DNA from: Utricularia gibba
Lineage: Eukaryota; Plantae; Magnoliophyta
Assembly: GCA_002189035.1 (NCBI GenBank)
Contig: NEEC01000002.1
Coordinates: 2,046,001 to 2,110,000, forward strand
Length of the DNA stretch: 64,000 nucleotides
Direction: 5' to 3'
Shown here: one piece after another, positions 12,288 through 23,424 of the stretch
Layout of the letters: each line of letters starts with the position of its first letter
Position numbering within the stretch: the first letter of the stretch is position 1
The notes under the pieces: model-generated
Told to the model about the DNA's origin: nothing
Databases searched by the model: none
The model's input: the letters and a program-made list of their open reading frames with translations, nothing else
Program-made: the position numbers and the translations under genes

Positions 12288-12899
12288 AGGGTATGCCTAC
12301 CCTCGATCTTTACCTGTATTTGGATTTCTCAGATAAGTGTTTTTGCGTATGAAAGCTGCTAGTCTGCAAGTATCAGTTAATGTTACCATCTACCATTGCT
12401 TTTATTTCGTTTGCATTCATCCACATTGTTTGTTCAGTTTTGATTTCAAGTTTACGCTGTAAATTACATCACAGCCTTAGCGAGTGCACCACCATTTTTG
12501 TGTGGTCTGTCTGTGACCTTGAAAGTTTTCCCCTCGCTTTTATTTGTGCACTCTCTGCATATTTTGTTGTGCCTACTTTTAAGCTCAAATTCTGCGTTCC
12601 AGGTTTCGTTCGCTCTCTGCCCACCATCACAAGGGAAGCTCTAACTGCAGCAAGCATCGAGGTAGAGAATTGCCGCCACCCAAGCCTCATTCCTTTCTGT
12701 TGTCTTGAAACTGTGATCGATGCCTTAAAAGAACACATTTCATCGTTGTCGTTGGAGGATTCATTTTTGTATCAGAATTTACTGAAGAGTTGCAGATTTG
12801 ATGGCTCTAGATTGATTAAAAGACCAGGGCCCTAAACCCACGTAGTGGTTACTCGACTGATACAAGTGCTGCTGAATGAACCCTGTTTGATCATCATTT

Positions 12900-13671
12900 T
12901 CATGTCTTTCTTGCAGCTTCATCAGTCTCCTCCGCCGTCTTCTTCAAGTTCTCCCTCCCCTCTTCGGCTTTCCCCACGACGGTTTCCTTGATCTTCTGCG
13001 TAGTATCCTTAGCCGACTCCCAAGCGCCCTGCACGCTCTTCTTCGCCCTCTCCCCCATGGATTCCACATTCTCCTTCATTTCCCCTGCTTTCTGTTTCGT
13101 CGCTTCTGCCGATTCCGTCGCCTTGTCCTTGGTCGTCTCCCACGCTCCCTGGACGCTGCCCTTCGCGTCCTCTCCGGCGCTTTTAGCGCTGTCCGTCACC
13201 CTATCCTTCACTTCACCGGCCTTCTCCTTCGCCGCCTCCGTCGTCTCGGCTGCTTTGGCTCGGCCGCTCTTGATTCTCTCGGCGGCCTCATCCTTCATAG
13301 CCTCGGCCTCGTCCGCGCGCTATCCTTAATTTCACCGGCTTTCTCCTCGGACTTGTCTCGTGCGCTCTCCAGCCGATCAGCAGCCTCGTCTTTGAGGGAC
13401 TCGGCGTTGTACGGACTGTACTCGGTGCCTCCCTTGCTTCCATCAGCCACAGCGTTTACACCCTGTAAACAAAACCATCACAATCCACATTTTCACACCA
13501 ACATCCGCCGGAAAACAGAAACGGAAGAGAAGAATGCCGTGGATCACCGACCTGAGAGCGTAGGTACTTGGTGGTGGTAGCGAAGCAGACGCGAGACGCC
13601 TTGGGGCGAAAGGGGAGCTCCTGAGAAAGAGGCTTGATGCCGAGAAAAGCAGCAAATCGCAGCGTCGCCAT
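12900..13671 (-). CDS. Group 3 LEA-like protein with N-terminal organellar targeting peptide (exons 13671-13552, 13462-12900; 1-nt frameshift at about 13311-13320)
   Basis: K/E/A-rich 11-mer-like repeats (AAKEKAGEVKD, AKGSVQGAWET, AKKSVQGAWES). Exon 1 MATLRFAAFLGIKPLS...RVCFAT is transit-peptide-like. The intron is GT-AG at 13551-13463. Confidence 0.8.
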
Positions 13672-13810
13672 GTTTGAGAGTGCTTTGCCAGTGACAGGAG
13701 AAGACACTGGGACTCGGCGACTATAAATAGCACCCAGAAGAAGGTATCAGCGAACCAGTTTCCTTTTTTATTTCCTCCAGTTCTTGAAAGGGTGGCAAAC
13801 CGGAGAGGAG

Positions 13811-13837
13811 ACGCGTGCGACGGAGGGGCTACGTGCC
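13811..13837. promoter_or_regulatory. ABRE/CE3-like pair upstream of the LEA gene
   Basis: ACGCGTG at 13811-13817 and TACGTGCC at 13830-13837, 140-165 nt upstream of the LEA ATG. A TATTTATA-like box lies on the minus strand near 13721-13730. LEA genes are classically ABA-induced. Confidence 0.4.
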
Positions 13838-14537
13838 GCCCTCAGACAGCAAACCCATGCTTTCAGGCACCACCTGTCCGGATGAATGATCTCCAAGTCT
13901 TGAACCTCCTTGCAACCAACCGCATCACCAAAACCTTTTATGTTTAAAGATTGTTATATTCTTAAACATTTTTTTTGTTATTAAGGAATGGTAGATAGTT
14001 TTATATAGCATTCTTTATGTTTTTTTTAAAAAAACTTTATAAATTATTTTCCTAGAAAATAAGAATGGTTTTTTCGATATTTCAAGTTTTGTTACATAAA
14101 TCTCACAATTTTACATTTCTTTTTTTAAAAAAATATTTATACAAAATTAAGAAGATCATTTTATTTAATGTAACTAATGTGATACATCGTTAATTTTTTT
14201 ACTTATTTCATAAATTTTTCAAATTCTTCTGTATTATAAACTAAAAAAACACTTATTTGGAGTTGGATTTGTACTAGACATTTTTCTTGAAAAATAATAA
14301 AATCACAATAATTGAATATTTAAATGAAAGTTAAAAGCTTTTTGGCATGGGTAAATTCCTAAAAAAAGAACCCACAATTTATATGTATTTTACAAAAAAT
14401 TAAAATGCAGCACATTTTATTTTATAATTTTTTTTCGCAAATTATATTTTCTAAACAATTTTTTAGTAAAGATATATAATGTATTACAATTGGGTTTTCT
14501 TTTTTTTTTTTTGAGGGAATATCTATCGATTGATGAA

Positions 14538-14560
14538 ATCTGGAAAGTTCTAGTGTCTTC
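14538..14560 (+). promoter_or_regulatory. Heat shock element-like array upstream of DnaJ
   Basis: aTC-tg-GAA-ag-TTC-ta-gtg-tc-TTC with 5-nt periodicity (GAA 14543, TTC 14548, TTC 14558), about 125 nt upstream of the ATG. Confidence 0.4.
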
Positions 14561-14681
14561 GAATGAAACATTTATCAAATGGGCTCATCGTTGGACAAAT
14601 TCTTTTGAGTTTTGACGATTGTGTCTCGCCGGAGAGGATACGGAGATTGCTACAGTGTAAGAGAGAAGTAGAGGAAGAACC

Positions 14682-16523
14682 ATGGGTGTGGATTATTACA
14701 AGATATTGCAGGTTGAAAAGAACGCAAACGATGATGAATTGAAGAAGGCTTACAGAAAGCTTGCTATGCGATGGCATCCCGACAAGAATCCCAACAACAA
14801 AAAAGAAGCCGAGGCCAAATTCAAGCAGATTTCCGAAGCCTATGAGGTATGTGTGCGCTTGTCCGTGTTGGTCATCTCATTGCTTGATGATTAGTGTATC
14901 GATTATACCAGTTTCGCAAGGAATTTCCGTTTCGATAACTGTATTGGAATCTGATATCGAGATGGTTCGGTAATCGGTGATGGTTTCTCTAGATCTCAGC
15001 ACCCGATTTACTTTTATTTTATTTTTTTGGTTAATGGGGAGATGCCCTGATTAGCAATTGGCGGTGTTGGTTTTCTATGTCTTGACATGGTGCAATGAAG
15101 GGGCTAAAGTTAGTTAAAATTCTATGCAGGTTCTGAGTGACCCTCAGAAGAGGACTATATATGATCAGTATGGTGAAGAAGGTTTGAAGGGTCAGGTGCC
15201 GCCTCCTAATGCCGGAGGCCCTGGTGGATCGACGTTCTTTCAAACTGGAGACATGCCGAGCTCGTTTAGATTCAATCCGAGGAATGCAGATGACATTTTT
15301 GCTGAGTTCTTTGGTTTTTCTAGCCCATTCGGTAGGATGGGGGGTGGCAGTGGAATGAGAGGTGCTTCAAGGATGAGTTCAATGTTTGGAGATGATATGT
15401 TTAGTTCCTTTGGAGAGAGACCTATGAGTTCTGGCCCTAGAAAGGGTGCACCCATTGAGCAGAAGTTACCTTGTAGCTTAGAGGAGCTATACAAGGGTGC
15501 CACGAAGAAGATGAAGATTTCTAGGGAGATATCTGATGCTAGTGGGTATGTCTCGTATTCCTACTTTTCATTCCCATTCATTTCTGTTTGTTGATGGTTG
15601 CTTTACTGCTTTTCTGGTGCAAAAATGAAAGTTTCATGAAAATTTGTCGTGGGAAATGTTGTTATTGATTCACATGATTTACACAGGAATTTTTATTGCT
15701 TGATTAATAGCTCTTTAGAATGGTTCCCCATGAGAAAGTTTCTTGAAAAATAGTCATTTGGAAGCTTTTGTCATTGACTCACATCACTTTCAGGCTTCTT
15801 TGTTAGTCCTGTTTTTTAACTCACACAGAATACCACAAGTAGTTAGTCTATTGCTGCCCAGGTTGCCTTAAATACCCATTTTGGTGGTTTGCTTACGATG
15901 TCAAAAGCGTTAGCCTAATTGCATTTATCTCATGGTGATGATGCAATAGTTGCCAGCATATTGAGTTTTTTTTATTCTAAAAGTGATGATCCTGAGTTTC
16001 CAGATGTAGTCAGTCGCAGTTTGTTAAGTTCCCATTTTGATAATTTGCTTAGCCTATTGAAATCACAACTGCTTCCATTGGCAGGAAAACTCTGCCCGTG
16101 CAGGAGATTTTGACCATCGATATCAAGCCCGGGTGGAAGAAAGGAACAAAGATCACATTCCCAGAGAAAGGAAACGAACTGCCTAATGTGATCCCATCAG
16201 ATTTAGTGTTTATCGTTGATGAGAAGCCTCACAATTTCTTCACGAGGGATGGGAATGATCTGATCTTCACGCACACGATAACGCTAGCGGAAGCTCTGAC
16301 TGGATGCACAGTTCAGCTGTCCACGCTCGATAGCAGAAGTCTGACAGTACCAATCAGCACAGTGATCAATCCCAGCTATGAAGAGGTGGTGCCAGGAGAA
16401 GGGATGCCATTTCCCAAGGATCCCACAAAAAGAGGCAACTTGAGGATCAAGTTCAACATTAAATTCCCAACGAGATTGACCGCTGACCAGAAATCAGGGA
16501 TCAAAAAACTGCTCTCCTCCTAA
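14682..16523 (+). CDS. DnaJ/HSP40 type B (DNAJB-like) co-chaperone (exons 14682-14846, 15130-15545, 16085-16523)
   Basis: J-domain [11 protein letters not shown]...[11 protein letters not shown]...FKQISEAYE|VLSDPQKR with HPD motif, a G/F-rich linker, and C-terminal [11 protein letters not shown]...[16 protein letters not shown]...[12 protein letters not shown]. Junctions are GT-AG. Confidence 0.95.
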
Positions 16524-16826
16524 AACTGTTCACCCTTTTTTGTCTGTATCCGTTTCAGGCACCCCCTGTATCTGTTTACACGCCCGGAGGAGAATGATGA
16601 AACCAACTTGAGTTTCGTAAGCAAGTTGAGCATATTAGTCACATTGATTTATTATCATGGTGGATTCTTTTTTTATTTCAATCAAGGAAGTGGTCACTCT
16701 TGAAGAACTAAGACAGCAGATACTACCTACTATGCTTGCTTATGTATTCATTCCCGGCTGCAGGCCACAAGTTGTTAAAAGGGTAGGAATAGGAACAGGT
16801 AGGGTGAATCAGAGAGCCAGCCATGG

Positions 16827-19276
16827 TCACTTGCGAAAGCCCACCAACCATGGCTGTGTTGGTGGTTCGCTCCCGGAACCCATCTCCCTTGTGCTGTCAT
16901 TCATCGCCTTGGCCATAGCAGCCGCTCCATCAGTCAGGGGGGCACCAAACAGCCTGCAGCTATCTTTGTACATGGAAACAAGCATCTGATTCTCTGCTGC
17001 TCTTGCGTTTGGTTTGTTGCTTTCATGCACCAATTTCTGCAAACTAGACCCATAGAGAAGTGGAATCAATCTACTCGTTGAAGCAGGGGATTGTTGTTGC
17101 AACAGGGGAACAGATGATGGATTTGGAACTCCTGTGTTGCTGCTTTCCCTTGCAGAATCAACATGTCTGCCTCTGCCAAACGACTGGTTTGGTAATGTTT
17201 CTTGACCTTGCAAGACCTTAGGGAATTGGAAGGATTCATGTCGTACCATGTTGCTCTGGATAACAGCAACTCTCGGACCATCGACTCCACCATACGGATT
17301 TCTGAATCCGAACACTTCTTGACCTTGCAAGACCCTCTGGTAGCCTGCAGGAACTCCATCCCCATCTGCTGAAAATGCCAGACGTATCATACTTCTGATA
17401 TACACAGTGAAGAAAGAAAGCAAGGAGACTGAACCTGGAAGATCTGGCATCCCCATCTGTCTGCTTCTTTTAGTGACAGGCATACCAGAGGTATCAGATA
17501 CAGACCCTGAAAGTTCAATCTCCCAAGGAGACACTCTACTGATACGATTCACTTCCATACCATCCCATCTCACCTGAAACGCCAAAGATTGGAGGAAAAT
17601 GCTCACAAAACTGATGCAAATTCCAAAGATGGGCATCCAGAAACTTTAACAAGAAATCACTCACCATCAAGCACTTCCACTTTGATGAAGGCCATCTTGA
17701 TGGATCCGCACTGCTGATCCCGATAATGACACCGCTGCTGCTGCTAGAGATTGAAAGTGTCATCATCGGTGTACATGTAAGTGAAGACCTGAACCAAAAG
17801 ACAGTCTGAATGTACCTTGTTTCAGAAGACTCTTCATTTTCACAATGCACTTTGAACCTCATTCCACAACAAACTGGCTGCTTAAGGCTCTTGGAGAACT
17901 TAGCATAAGGTATTATGATCTCAGAAGAGTGTGCCCTGCATATCATCAGAGATACTCAATGCAAATACCACACGTGGAGTGAATATAATGAACCAGAAAT
18001 ACAGTACGTAGTACCTTGGATTATAGCAAATACTGAAGGTGGTTTGCGAAGAAATGGCTTCCACTACGGATGCAATGCTGTCACAGAACTGAAAATTCAA
18101 GGGAAAAGCAAAAGAGTCTCTTTTTATTTGCACTGCTTTGCGAACACCAAGCCTGAGCACACCATCACCACATCTGCGGCAGAAGATGCACATTCAAGAG
18201 CCATCAATATTAATAACTTATCATCTGAAAGTGTACAAACCTCATGAAAAGCACAGCATCTCCTGATACAAGTCTCTTTTTATTGACAAACGCACTCCAT
18301 CCGGTAGTCAGCAAATGCCTTCTAGGCTGGCCTGATTAATGGAAGCAAACTGGTCTACAGCTCAAAAGACAGCAACGCAATTGCTAAGATAAAAATTTAA
18401 GTTTTACCTCTGTAAATATGCCGAAATTTCCATTCTGTTCCATGCAAATCCTTAGCCATTATCTCTTGGGAAGGCCTCTGTTTTTTGTAATCCTTTTAAA
18501 AGAAGATCGCACATGAAATCAGAACAGCAGTGGAGACATGAACTGATTAATTTGAAATAGTGTTTGATATACCAGAGGAGGAAAGCAGTCCTCAGCAGCA
18601 CGACGAGGAACAGAAAAGCCACCATGAGTACTAGTATCAGAAGCTGTAAGAGTTTTGCAAAACATATGGGGTGTCAAAGCTTTGGGATTGGGTTCAGGAT
18701 CTTCATCTTCGGCCTCATTTTCAACCATTCCTTCTCTCCCTTCATGCTCCATCTGCAAATATCGCAGTAGATGAACCAAGAAACGACAGAATTAATGTGC
18801 ACTAAAACAAAGGAAAATGAATGAATAAGCGAAACTTGCATAATTCGTGCCTGCTGATCGGGAATAAGCGAAACCTGAGCATAAACCTCATCGTTATCTG
18901 ACTCCACCTGCCAAAAGAAACAGCCTTACGACAACCCAAAAAAAACCAGGATCGGAAAACAAACAGCCTAAAAAGAGAACAAGTTCACTACATGGAGCTT
19001 AACATCAACAACGCGGCAGAATACATGGGGCGGGAGATCATAAGCTGCAGAAGAGTGTTTCTGTAGAAGCTGGAGGTGTCCCTGAGGAAAATAAACAACG
19101 GCGCTTCCCCTTTTCGGAAGAGAAATCAAAGGCCCAGCACACGCGTGCCACAGATCCATACAAAGCTCAGAGGGCGGCGCTGATCCCAGTCGATCAACAG
19201 TCGACGGAGAGCCAGAAAACTGCGCTTCCTCATCTTCATTGTTGACAGTGTTCAAATCGATTAACCCAGAAACCAT
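16827..19276 (-). CDS. ARF3: Auxin response factor 3 / ETTIN (B3 + ARF domains, no PB1 domain)
   Basis: [85 protein letters not shown] and VRWDG...RVSPWEIE. It carries two tasiR-ARF sites and ends after CRLFG with no PB1 domain, which is diagnostic for ARF3/ETT. Confidence 0.93.
17199..17219 (-). promoter_or_regulatory. TAS3 tasiR-ARF target site (3' site)
   Basis: Plus strand TTCTTGACCTTGCAAGACCTT, so the mRNA reads AAGGUCUUGCAAGGUCAAGAA (encodes KVLQGQE). This matches the conserved tasiR-ARF UUCUUGACCUUGUAAG... with the usual single central difference. Confidence 0.93.
17316..17336 (-). promoter_or_regulatory. TAS3 tasiR-ARF target site (5' site)
   Basis: Plus strand TTCTTGACCTTGCAAGACCCT (encodes RVLQGQE). 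Tandem dual sites are characteristic of ARF3/ARF4. Confidence 0.93.
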
Positions 19277-22200
19277 ATTGGAGCCACTTTAGAAATCACA
19301 TGGAGCACAGATTATGAGAAGAAAACAGAAACCCAGTTCCAGAATCCGCCAAATTGAAGAAGAATGGAGCGTAATATCGAGAAAGAGAAATAAGCCCGGC
19401 AGCAGCACTTTTCAGCTCAATCAGCTTTAAACCCGGCCGCGCTTTCCGCCCCTGCAGATAAAATCAGTCTTTACTCCCCGAACTTCACCTCACACCCATT
19501 AATTTCTCTCCAAGTAAAAGAGGAGTCTTTGACAACTTCGTTGACCACACTACGCAGAAATCCATAGAGATCTTCTCCAAATCCAAAAAAAAACCGAAAA
19601 TCCAAGTTCCTGCGTCCTCCTCCACCACCCCCCTTCAAGAAGGACAAAAAAACATAACTGTAAATAGACGCCTGCCCCGCGACAGCAGCAGCTCAAAAAC
19701 TGAAGACTGCAATTTTGCACATCGGTCGGGATTAACAGCATAAAAAATCGCATTTAATAAACAAAAACACAAATAACAAATATTTCAAAGAAGAGCACGT
19801 AACGGCATTAACGACCCAACATACAAATAAAACCGCACGTGTTTATTTTCTTATTAATTTTTTAATTAGAGTAACATTTTGTATCTAATTAAAATATTTA
19901 AAATCATTATATAATTTAATTATATCATAAAGGGAGTGTCTGATCATGTTCCAAATGTGTCCCTTTTTTAATTTCTAATATGAGCATAGTTTTTTTAAAA
20001 TGAATATTTTAATTAATGCGAAAATTCACTAATAAATAGTGCGGTAAAAACCCTATCCCTCATCACTGACGGTACGGTAAATGATTGCTATAGATAATAA
20101 CTATAGTGGAATTTAAAGTTGTACTTTTAATTATATAGAATATAATCAATTTTTAAAATTATATGAATAGAATTGTTTTTAGATTATACTGTTTTATTAG
20201 ATAATATAAAGTAATATTATAAATTTAATAAAATAAATTATACAGTGTAAAATTTAATACAGTAAATTAGTTTATAATTTAATATTATGATACAAATATA
20301 TTTTTAGAATATATAAAAAATTATTATTATCATTTTAATTAATTATTATTTAATCATTGTAATATAGATTCAAAAATTCAATAATTTCGAAAATCAATTA
20401 CAAAATCCACTCTTGTAATTTTTAATAATTAAATATTGAAATTTTAAAAAGTTAAATAGAATCACCAAAACAAAACAATCCCATAGCATTTAGTTTTCAT
20501 TAAAGAAAAAAGATTTAAATACGACGTTATTTTTTATTACCAAAAAGGGAAAAGGCGATGCCAACTGTCACCCCAACAAACAAAGCCCTTTTTGCATGTA
20601 TGGCAATAAAAAATCCAATCAATTTAAATATAAATAATGTTTTTGTTTTATTTCATGTCTGGAATCATAGGGGAAAACATTTTATTCTATAATTCAAAAA
20701 TTAATAAATCGGATATGATTAATAATTTTTCTGACAACAAGATGAATTAAGAATTCAATTGAAAAAGATGAATAAATTTAAGAATGGATCTTTTTTTAAA
20801 ATAAATACACATAAACGTCACTTTCTATTTGTGTACTGCATACGACACCGTACATCACCACAAACCAATTCAATTAGTTTGTGGGCCCGGAAAATAATGA
20901 CACGCGAGCATTGAAGGTGGACACGTGGAGGGTAGATCGGTAATTAATGATTTGCGCAAGGTCTAGTCTACGGTTCACGGGAGTGCGGGGGCCTGGAATT
21001 TGGACAATTGTAGAAATATGGGGGTGTGGGCCGCACATAACTCACCATCCATTTATGTACATGCCGGTGAAGACCCCCTCCATGATGCATGCTTCACCTA
21101 CGCCCCTCTGGAAATTAGGAAGGGGGCGGTGACTCCTCACCAGGAGGGTGGTACCCCCCGCGCCCCTACAGAGGGGACTAGGCGTAGCTTTCCCGGACAA
21201 AACGGACCCCCCCCCAATGATGCCCTTCCATTCCCATACCCTATCCATGAAACCTCGTTAAGAATGACACGTGTCTGGTACCGACAGGGCAGGGGCAGCA
21301 CAGCTGGCGCCAGACACGTGCTATTTTTTAATATTGTAAACCATCAACACAATTGTGTTACTGTTTTTTTTCCTTTTTTTTTACATAATTGAAAATATGC
21401 GATATTTTTATTTTTAATATTTTTCAATATATTCAGATGTTACCCCAGGGGATTTTCGGTCGTGACGTGCACGTGAGAGATTTGTCGTAAGCCCAGTCCG
21501 GGGGCCGGCCCATTAGAATGCGTAAAAAGCTGGGCCATTCTTCGTATCTGAAGCTTTGGGCCCAATTCCTAGAAAGAGAAAATAACAATATTAAATAATT
21601 ATTTTAAAAAACATTGTGAGTGGGGCCCGGGGGGAAAATCTTGATTTGAATGAGGAATTTATGATGGTCCATGAGTCCCATCCACCAACAATAACTTCTA
21701 ATGGTACCCATCAACTTGTTCTACACTCCTCCACAGGCATCCATAAATGCATGGGCATCCAACACGCTAACACCCATAAATAAATTCATGCATGCACACA
21801 CGGTAAAAAAAATTACTTTTTAAATTACCAAATAATAAAAAAATGGATGATTGCACATGGGTCCACGTGTCATGCTCTGTGTGGTCGGCATTATTTGCCC
21901 CAGTGGGTGTGTGGTCTTGATGGGGGTGGGGTTGCAAAAAGCCAAGCATAATTCAGTGTCGTGGAAAATGGGAGACACCCCTTCAACCCCATAATAATAA
22001 CTTATTCCCACCTCCGCGGTTTTTAATATTCCTTTGGAATAAATAATTATTTATCATATGATTAGATTTATCTTATTATAAATCCTTTTCATATGATAAG
22101 TATACTACTATATTTTAATATCATGGGATTATTTATTAAAAAATTAGACATTGAATGGTAGTTTATTTTTTATTTTAAAACTTTGAATTTAATATGATAT

Positions 22201-23424
22201 ATATTATGGACATACTTTGTGTTATGAATTTATTGAAGCCATTTTGTTTAATTTGTTGAAGATTCTAATCTTAAATTATTTTGTAGTGAAATTAAAAATT
22301 CAAATTTGTGATTAAACTTTAAAAATTATTGAATTTCTTGAAGTCTATTTCAGAGATTAAATAAAAGATTAATTAGAAAAATTGTACTATTCATTTTTTT
22401 TATTTTAAAAATATATTTATATCATGAAATTTAACATATTAAATTTTACTATATGTATACTTCACTTTATTAAATTTTATAATATAATTTTATGTTATCT
22501 CATAAAATAGTTTCAAAATCTTAAATTGATTTTATTAATATAATCTTAAAATTTATTTTATTTTATGTAATTTGAATTACAATTTCAAATTACAGAATAA
22601 AACCCATGAATGACGATCTAAAATGGTTCAATTAATATTCAATCCTGATTTCTTAAATATTAATTTTGACACGAATTTTCCAATTATATTAAAATTATTC
22701 TATTTAATTTTGTGAATATTGAATCGAATTTCATTTTATATTGATTTAACAGAAATAGAAAATATGTCGAAATTCTGTTTGTGTAGGCAGCAGGAGCAGC
22801 AGCAGGAGCGGGGTAGGAGTTGTCGGAGTCAAATGATGCTCACGAGCGCTTTCTTGGCCAACCCCAAGGTATTTGTCAAGTTGGATGTGGACAAACCCCA
22901 CCACCACTCTAACATTCTTCCAAGGTTTAACCATCTTGTAATTAAAGGTTGGTTACCCAAATCATTCATGTAATTGGGAGGATGCTTCCGCCACCGTCTC
23001 TCCTCCGCCGCCCCATGGGGTAGCCGGTCGGGAATTTCTTTTGCAGCCCTTTGAATTAGTAATTAATACAGCGTATAATCAATGATGATTAAAGAATAAC
23101 ATAGTACGAACTCATCGCTACTCGGCTTACTCTGCTTGTGGTGGGTTCGGTGTGCTTTCTCAATTTTTGATGCAAGATCTTGAAGACGGAATTCCGCGAA
23201 ATAAATTTAGGCCCCCGAAGTTCGAGATTTGTTGCTCTCCACCCCATTTTTTCGTTTCCAAGATTTTATTTTTGTGTTGCCTTTTTTTTTTTCGTTTGTC
23301 TTCTTCAGTCACACAAGACTCTGTCGCTTCCTCTTCTGGGGAGGGAAGCGGAAAGCCCTTTTTAGATTTTCTGGGATTCTAGCGAAATTTCTTTACAGGG
23401 TGAGCAAGTAGTGGAATCAGCACG

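Noticed and set aside
12380-12835. 151-aa ORF downstream of eIF3d
   Set aside because: It has no known motif, starts within T-rich intron-like DNA, and is better explained as a 3'UTR intron plus exon.
15935-15995. GTGATGA ... TTGA ... GTGATGA ... CTGA in DnaJ intron 2, resembling a box C/D snoRNA
   Set aside because: The C' and D boxes are only 2 nt apart, there is no terminal stem outside the boxes, and I recognise no rRNA complement.
21221-21242. TGCCCTTCCATTCCCATACCCT, superficially like miR482/2118
   Set aside because: The reverse complement does not follow the P-loop GMGGxGK codon spacing, and no star arm or hairpin partner lies nearby.
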